Source: an uncultured Deinococcales bacterium
GTDB lineage: Bacteria; Deinococcota; Deinococci; Deinococcales; JAAFIG01
NCBI GenBank assembly: GCA_964247135.1
Contig: CAXTTL010000021.1
Location: 1-34,488, forward strand
Direction of reading: 5' to 3'
DNA: 34,488 bases
The stretch's first letter is position 1; the number at the start of each line of letters is the position of its first letter. The position numbers were made by a program, and so were the translations under genes. Shown in pieces: positions 28,504 to 34,488 of this stretch. The notes below the pieces were generated by a model. The model was given only the letters and a program-made list of their open reading frames with translations. It did not search any database and had not been told where the DNA came from.

Positions 28504-28711
28504 ACGGCTTTGGCATGGTTGATGCTCGAGGTTTAACCACCAACACCAACGCTCGAGTTGTCAGTAAACTCCCACCTGCTCGAGTTTGTTGTTGCCAGTC
28601 GCCGCCCGTAAAGGAATGATGGTAACGTAAAAACCAAATTCAGATTGGTGTAAATCTAAGTCGTACTGCAAACACTAAAATTAGAATTCACTTGAATTGG
28701 AAGGTCATATC

Positions 28712-30037
28712 TCACGAGAACACTCGCTTGAGCTGCACCACCGCTCGCAAGCCACCCTCAAGGGCTTGGCTCAACTCGAGCGTTCCACCATGTTGTTCAG
28801 CCACCGCCACGACCAATGCTAAACCCAAGCCAGTTCCACTCACGCTTTGCAAGCCCAGTCCCCGTTGGAACGGTTGGGTGAGGCGCTCGAGATCAGCCGC
28901 CGCAACACCAGGACCATCGTCACGAACCTCGAGCGTCACGCGGTCTGGTTGGTTTGAGGTTTTGATCCAGACATGCCCACCTTCACGCCCGTACTTGATC
29001 GCGTTCCCAACCAGATTGGTCATCAGCAATCTCAAAGCTGCGGAATCGCCCAGTGTTGGCGCACTTTGAGTCTCGAGTACCAGTTTGATGGATTGGCTTC
29101 GAGCCGTCTCGGTCAGTGCTTCGACCACTTCAATGGCGATGTCCTCGAGGTTGATCGGTTGGGCTTGAGACACTTGATTGGTACGAGCCAATGCGAGCAG
29201 GCTATCTACGAGGCTGGTCATCTCGAGACTGGTCTGATCGACTTCACGAAAGCCCCGTCGGTATTCGTCGGGTGTACGATCTCGGGTCAAAATCAGGCTG
29301 GCTTGACCGCGCAGCAGCGCGAGTGGCGTGCGAAGTTCATGGGCGGCAGCCAAAGCGAACGCGCGTTCTCGTTCGATGGTCGCCTCGAGTCTGCCAAGCA
29401 TCGCGTTGACGGTTTGGGTCAACCGCGCCATTTCATCACCGCCTGGCGATTCAGGGACGCGTTCCCTATAGCGTCCGCTCGAGGCGATGGATGAGGCGAG
29501 TCTTGAGACTTCTTCGACGGGTTTGAGGGCACGGTCTGCAATCAAATACCCTACTCCCAGTCCAACCAGCAGCATCAATGGAATCGTCACGATCAACAAT
29601 CGTTCCGCCCTTGCAAGCGTCTCGAGGGTTTCAACCTCAGAGCGCATTGCCTGCACCCAGTCGCCTTGTGCGGTTTTGATCGTGTAGACGCGGTAACTTT
29701 TGAGGCTGGTGAACCCTACGGACAGTGGGGCTGTCAACCTGGCGCGTCCAAGTCGGTCTGTTTGTCTTCCATCGGCACCCAACACAACGAGCGTGGTTTC
29801 ACCCTGAAGTTCTTGTTGCAGGGTTTCGGTGTCTTTTTCCGAAAATTTTGGTGCGCCTTCATCGCCAGTCAATTGCGTTGCGGCAAGGGAGGCGGCATCT
29901 CGTAAGCTGTTGTCGAGTATCTCGCGCAGGCTGGCACGCAGACTCAGGTAAAACACCGCGCCAGTCACAAGCAAGATGATGCTCGAGAGGATTGCGTAAA
30001 AGAGCGTTAAACGCCAACGCAAATTCAGGCGTTTCAA
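28712..30037 (-). CDS. HAMP-domain sensor histidine kinase
   Basis: Two TM helices, HAMP, H-box AAHELRTPL, N-box NLVGNAIKY, DDGPG and GTGLGL. Confidence 0.95.
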   Translation of the reverse strand: MKRLNLRWRLTLFYAILSSIILLVTGAVFYLSLRASLREILDNSLRDAASLAATQLTGDEGAPKFSEKDTETLQQELQGETTLVVLGADGRQTDRLGRARLTAPLSVGFTSLKSYRVYTIKTAQGDWVQAMRSEVETLETLARAERLLIVTIPLMLLVGLGVGYLIADRALKPVEEVSRLASSIASSGRYRERVPESPGGDEMARLTQTVNAMLGRLEATIERERAFALAAAHELRTPLALLRGQASLILTRDRTPDEYRRGFREVDQTSLEMTSLVDSLLALARTNQVSQAQPINLEDIAIEVVEALTETARSQSIKLVLETQSAPTLGDSAALRLLMTNLVGNAIKYGREGGHVWIKTSNQPDRVTLEVRDDGPGVAAADLERLTQPFQRGLGLQSVSGTGLGLALVVAVAEQHGGTLELSQALEGGLRAVVQLKRVFS

Positions 30038-30720
30038 TTTGCCCTGCCCACCAATTCAAGCTTTCCCAAGCGGTATCCCGTTCCTCGCACGGTGTCAATG
30101 ATCCCCTCCCCGAGTTTGCGGCGCAGGGTTGAAACGTAAACATCCACGACTTTCAAATCAACTTCGGTATCTTCACGCCAGACCCGTTCGATCAGGGCGC
30201 TGCGCGAGTACGCCCGACCTGGATTGAGGGCGAAACACTCGAGCAACGCGTACTCGGTTGGGGTGAGGTTTGCACCTGGGAAACCCAGCAACTCCTTCGA
30301 GCCAATATCGAGGGTCAGACCGAGTGGCAAGCCGACAACGTTGCTCGAGCCGCCCTTGGCGCGGCGCACCAGGGCGCGAATTCGGGCGTGCAACTCGCGG
30401 AAATCAAATGGTTTGGCGAGGTAATCGTCGCCGCCCGTCTCGAGACCCGCGACTTTGGAATCCATGTCCGCACGGGCGGTCAAAAAGAGAATTGGGATGT
30501 GATCCTGACGCTTTCGCACCGCCCGAGCCAACTCGAAACCGGCATCTGCTCCCTCGGGCAGCATGACATCCAGAATGTACAAGTCAAAGGTTTCGAGTTC
30601 GGTCATGTTGAGACCAATGGTCGCATTTGGCGCGTGATCGACGATCAAACCATCCTCGCTCAGACCGCTGGCGATCAAACGGGCAAGGCGTGGGTCGTCT
30701 TCGACAAGCAGGACTCTCAT
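30034..30720 (-). CDS. OmpR-family response regulator
   Basis: MRVLLVEDD, ILDVMLP, FLTAR, DDYLAKPF, VDVYVSTLRRKL and TVRGTGY; TATCCT 6 nt before ATG 30720. Confidence 0.95.
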   Translation of the reverse strand: MRVLLVEDDPRLARLIASGLSEDGLIVDHAPNATIGLNMTELETFDLYILDVMLPEGADAGFELARAVRKRQDHIPILFLTARADMDSKVAGLETGGDDYLAKPFDFRELHARIRALVRRAKGGSSNVVGLPLGLTLDIGSKELLGFPGANLTPTEYALLECFALNPGRAYSRSALIERVWREDTEVDLKVVDVYVSTLRRKLGEGIIDTVRGTGYRLGKLELVGRAN

Positions 30721-30862
30721 GGGTGCAGGATAAGGATACAAGGTTTGGAATTGGTAAAGAACATTTGGACTCAAAACAAACTGAAAACTGAGTCTCGAGC
30801 CAGGGATATACTCGTTCTTAACCTTGGTATGGGATTTTGAAGGGCATGAGAAAGGTTTTTGA

Positions 30863-31567
30863 ATGCGTTTGTTGATCGTTGAAGATGACTCGAGTATCGC
30901 CGAATTGCTGAACGAATCCCTGACCGAAGACGGTTTCGAGTGCTCGATTGCCTCAAGTGCCAGCGAGGGTTTGGCGTTGGCGCAGTTGTTCCCATTTGCC
31001 GTATTGATTCTCGATGTTGGTTTACCGGAAGGTTTGAACGCTGGTTTTGAGCTTGGACGCAAACTGCGCGAGGCTGGTTTGAAGACACCGATTTTGTACC
31101 TCACCGCCCGGACTGCACTCGAGGATCGGGTGACAGGTCTCGAAACGGGTGGCGATGATTATTTGGTTAAACCTTTTGAACACGCCGAATTGCGGGCAAG
31201 ATTGCGGGCATTGGTGCGTCGGGCGAACGGACACACTCAGAACATCATTGAATTGCCGTTTGGTTGGCGGCTCGAGCTTTCACAACGCGAGATCAGTTTG
31301 GATCATCAGGTTTCAGACTTGACGCGCCGTGAATTTGGACTGCTCGAGTTGCTGGCTTGCCATCCAGGACGGGTGTTCGAGCGGGGCGAGATTATTGAAC
31401 GACTCTGGGCGGATGAAACGGGTGTGGAACTCAAAGTGATTGATGTCTACGTCTCAACCTTGCGCCGCAAAACCGATGAACGACTGATCGAAACCGTGCG
31501 TGGTGTTGGCTACCGCATCGCGCGACAAGCCCAATCTCTTGAGACAGTAACCCGAGCCAATTCATGA
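30863..31567 (+). CDS. OmpR-family response regulator
   Basis: MRLLIVEDD, ILDVGLP, YLTAR, DDYLVKPF, IDVYVSTLRRK and TVRGVGY. Confidence 0.95.
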   Translation: MRLLIVEDDSSIAELLNESLTEDGFECSIASSASEGLALAQLFPFAVLILDVGLPEGLNAGFELGRKLREAGLKTPILYLTARTALEDRVTGLETGGDDYLVKPFEHAELRARLRALVRRANGHTQNIIELPFGWRLELSQREISLDHQVSDLTRREFGLLELLACHPGRVFERGEIIERLWADETGVELKVIDVYVSTLRRKTDERLIETVRGVGYRIARQAQSLETVTRANS

Positions 31568-32865
31568 ATCGAATCTGGTACTCGAGCCTGCGTTGGCGCT
31601 TGACTTTCGGTTATGCCCTGGTCTTTGCCTTGACGGTGATGTTCGGCTCACTTGGCGTTTACCTGGCAACCCAAACGGCATTGATCGCCTCGCTGGACGC
31701 AACCTTGCGCGACACCGCAACGGTGGCGCTCGGCAACATTGATGATCCACCCGCGCCGCCAAAGTTCACCAAAGACCTCAAACCCATCAGCGACCTGGCG
31801 GTTGAACTGCTCGACGCTCGAGGGAAGCGTTTGGATGTGGTCGGACTGACGGGTGATGAGCGTCCGAAGTTGGTCAAGGGGTTTGCCGTCACCACCTCGC
31901 GGCGTTGGTTTACCATCCCGACCTTGGAGCATTTGTGGTTGCGGGTTTCGCGTTCAGATGAAACGCCCGAACGCCTGCTCGAGACGCTGGCTCAAATCCT
32001 GATTCTGGCATCGGTGGTGATGGTTGCCGTGGCGTGTGCATTTGGATTTTGGTTGGCAGACCGCGCCCTGCACCCAGTCGATGCCGTGGCACGGACGGCA
32101 GCACGGATTGCCAACAAGGGCAACTTCAATGAGCGCGTGCCGAGCGCCCCAGGGCAAGACGAAATGGCGCGGCTCACGGGAACGGTCAATGCCATGCTCG
32201 AGCGACTTGAGCTTACTTTGGAGCGCGAGAAAGGTTTCGCTCGAGCCGCCGCCCACGAACTCCGCACACCGCTGACCACCATCAAAGGCAGGCTCGAGTT
32301 GGCGCTCGAACGACCACGCGAAGCCAGCGAATACAGACGCCACCTCGAGATCATGCAAGAGAGCGTCCATGATTTGAGCGCATTGGTGAATCAACTCGAT
32401 ACCTTGGCTCGAGCGGACGCACCCGTTCAGCTCGAGCCAGTGGTCTTGGACGAAATCGCCAGTGAAGTTCTCAAGGCATTACAGCATTCGTTTGAGCATT
32501 CTGGCAAGCAACTCGAGTCATCTCTCAAGCGTACAAGTGTCCTCGCAGAACGTGCCGGAGTTCAACAGGTGTTGGTGAACCTGCTCGAGAATGCCCGCAA
32601 GTACGGTGGGTCAGTCGTGACCCTCAGCGTTGGTACGAATTTTCTCGAGGTGCGAGACACTGGCGCTGGACCCGCACCAGAAACCTGGTCGCAATTGCTG
32701 CGACCATTTGAGCGCGGCTCGAGCGTCCACGGTATCTCGGGCAGCGGTCTTGGACTGCCCTTGGTGGCTGCACTGATTGCCCGTTGGGATGCAAGCCTCG
32801 AGCCTGATTGGAGTGAACAGGGTTTCGCCGTGCGGGTCACTTGGGTGTCGAATCGTTCGACTTAA
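31564..32865 (+). CDS. HAMP-domain sensor histidine kinase
   Basis: ATGA-coupled to the regulator; two TM helices, AAHELRTPL, NLLENARKY, DTGAG and GSGLGL. Confidence 0.95.
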   Translation: MNRIWYSSLRWRLTFGYALVFALTVMFGSLGVYLATQTALIASLDATLRDTATVALGNIDDPPAPPKFTKDLKPISDLAVELLDARGKRLDVVGLTGDERPKLVKGFAVTTSRRWFTIPTLEHLWLRVSRSDETPERLLETLAQILILASVVMVAVACAFGFWLADRALHPVDAVARTAARIANKGNFNERVPSAPGQDEMARLTGTVNAMLERLELTLEREKGFARAAAHELRTPLTTIKGRLELALERPREASEYRRHLEIMQESVHDLSALVNQLDTLARADAPVQLEPVVLDEIASEVLKALQHSFEHSGKQLESSLKRTSVLAERAGVQQVLVNLLENARKYGGSVVTLSVGTNFLEVRDTGAGPAPETWSQLLRPFERGSSVHGISGSGLGLPLVAALIARWDASLEPDWSEQGFAVRVTWVSNRST

Positions 32866-34052
32866 CGGTAAATCCCCGTATGCCCGAGCGAGTACCGACC
32901 TGGTTGCGGAAAGAACGTCAGACCGTGCGGTCCAGCACCAACTTTGATCCGAGCCTCGAGCTTGCCTGAAGTGGTGTTAAAGACATAAACCTCACTGTTC
33001 GAGCGACCCGAAAGCCAAAGCTGCATCCCATCGCTCGAGACGCTGCCCATGTCCGGACTGCCTCCTCCAGGAATCCACCATTTCGCCTCGAGTTCCCGCG
33101 TGGCGACGTTCATGACCGAAACCGAACCTTCTCCCCTATTCGAGATGTAAAACTTCTTGGCGTCCCGACTGGGGTACAAACCATGTGCGCCTTTGCCCGT
33201 CGGAATGAACATGGTTTTTTGCATGTTCTCCAGGTCAATCACGTACACGCCGTTGGCACGCATGTCCGCCACGAAAAACGCTTTGCCTTCTGGAGAAAGT
33301 CGGACATCTTGAGGCATCCCGCCGATGTGCAATTGTCCAGTCACGGTTTGGGTCTGCGAGTCAATTCGCACCAGATCGCCGCTAAACTCGCAGGCTGCCA
33401 GAATGGTGCGACCGTCACGGCTGAAATCCATGTGATTGATGCCTCGACACGGCATTTTTAAGCTCGAGCGCAACTGCCAGGTGTGTGGGTCTTAAAAGTC
33501 CAGACGGCGTTTGGTCTCGGCAACCACAATCGCATTTTGACCATCTGGGGTGAAGTACAAATTGTAGGGTGCAATCACTGGAATCGGTGTCCCAGTTTTG
33601 CCTGTCTTGGGGTCAATCGGCGTGAGCGTGTCACCGACATCATTGGTGACATATAAGGTTTTCAGGTCAAAACTTGGGACGATGTGTTGTGGCATCCTAC
33701 CAACGTGGTAGGTGGCAATAATTTTGAAGGTTTTTGGATCGATCACGCTCAAGGTGTTGCGCTGACCATCAGGCACATAGACGCGCTCCGGAATGCCAAC
33801 AACGGCAGGGTTGAGCATTCCTTGGACGGTGTAGGCGTAAATATCGTCGCGCGAACCTGTCATCGGTCCAGTCTTTTGCGTCACTGCCGGAACATTCAAA
33901 GTTGTGGGTTTGGCGCTGGCAAGCGTGGTGGGCACAGTTGAGAGGTCTTCAGACACCGAGGACATTTGACGTGATACAAACATCACCCCTGCCACCGCAA
34001 CGCCGAGCAGTACGCTACCAGCAATAAAATTTGGTTTCACGAAAAGATTCAT
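32862..34052 (-). pseudogene. YVTN/YncE-type beta-propeller protein interrupted by an in-frame TAA
   Basis: ORFs 33492..34052 and 32862..33473 are in the same frame (RRLDF*DPHTWQLRSSL, TAA at 33492-33494); YVTN-type repeats on both sides and C-terminal PQPGRYSLGHTG. Confidence 0.85.
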
Positions 34053-34488
34053 TTTCTGGCGTACAATCCGAGCAATTTTGACTCAAGCAACTTGTGCTTT
34101 TTGATTGCGCTATGAACTTGTGCCGCGCCCGCGCCTGCGGGCAAACCGAGGCTCGAGACATTGATGGCGTAAAAATCGATGTAATACTCTCGGCGCTTCC
34201 CGTCTTTGGCGGGGCAGGGCGCACTGAACCCAGTTTGTCCAAAACTGTTGACACCCTGCTTAAAGCCTTGCACCCTCAGACCTTGCGGTACACCCTCGAG
34301 AATCGTTGTGGTCGTCACTGGAATGTCGTAGACCTCCCAGGTGGAAAGTGGCGCTGCGCTGGTGTTGTCATCCCAACCCAGAATCGCAAAACTTTTTGTG
34401 CCCACGGGAATATTTTTGATGTTTAAGTTTGGACTTACAGCGGTTTTCATAATGGTTGACGCGCCAAACGATAACCGCAATCTAAAAA
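34049..34488 (-). CDS. YbhB/YbcL (PEBP/RKIP-like) protein, 5' end probably outside window
   Basis: VSPNLNIKNIPVGTKSFAI..WEVYDIP..QGVNSFGQTGFSAPCP..YYIDFYAI; frame open to the window edge; ATGA-coupled to the propeller gene. Confidence 0.8.
   Translation of the reverse strand, partial: FRLRLSFGASTIMKTAVSPNLNIKNIPVGTKSFAILGWDDNTSAAPLSTWEVYDIPVTTTTILEGVPQGLRVQGFKQGVNSFGQTGFSAPCPAKDGKRREYYIDFYAINVSSLGLPAGAGAAQVHSAIKKHKLLESKLLGLYARK

Noticed and set aside
30721-31104. N-terminal extension of the minus-strand response regulator (356-aa ORF)
   Set aside because: It overlaps the divergent regulator; the receiver domain begins at ATG 30720, which has its own -10 box.
33492-33494. Programmed recoding (selenocysteine or pyrrolysine)
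   Set aside because: The codon is TAA, which is not used for either, and TAA terminates many other genes in this window.

Overview
Bacterial chromosomal window of moderate GC, probably from the phylum Deinococcota. This is inferred from Deinococcus/Thermus-like gene families, many apparently leaderless genes with a TANNNT box 6-7 nt before the start codon, and a Deinococcus-style short intergenic repeat. Genes in order: partial PAS-GGDEF gene, MFS transporter, secreted protein, AT-rich three-gene island of unknown function, two vWA-domain membrane proteins separated by a repeat-built ORF, Orn/Lys/Arg decarboxylase, mdh, AdhR/NmlR-like MerR regulator with aldo/keto reductase, DUF4424-like protein, MMPL transporter, FtsB/DivIC-like gene, cysK, DUF5946, SRPBCC-MarR-EVE operon, short MerR, orphan sugar ABC binding protein, higBA, an MmeI-like R-M gene frameshifted by a 7-bp tandem duplication, two head-to-head paralogous OmpR-family two-component systems, a YVTN propeller gene with an in-frame stop, and a partial YbhB/YbcL gene. 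The strongest unexplained signal is the palindrome CTCGAG: about 240 copies by manual count, against about 10 expected. It occurs in all three reading frames and between genes, and is absent from two AT-rich blocks. The larger block holds the uncharacterised three-gene operon, a candidate toxin-antitoxin or defence module. Family names come from motif recognition by eye, not database searches. No rRNA, tRNA or CRISPR array was seen.
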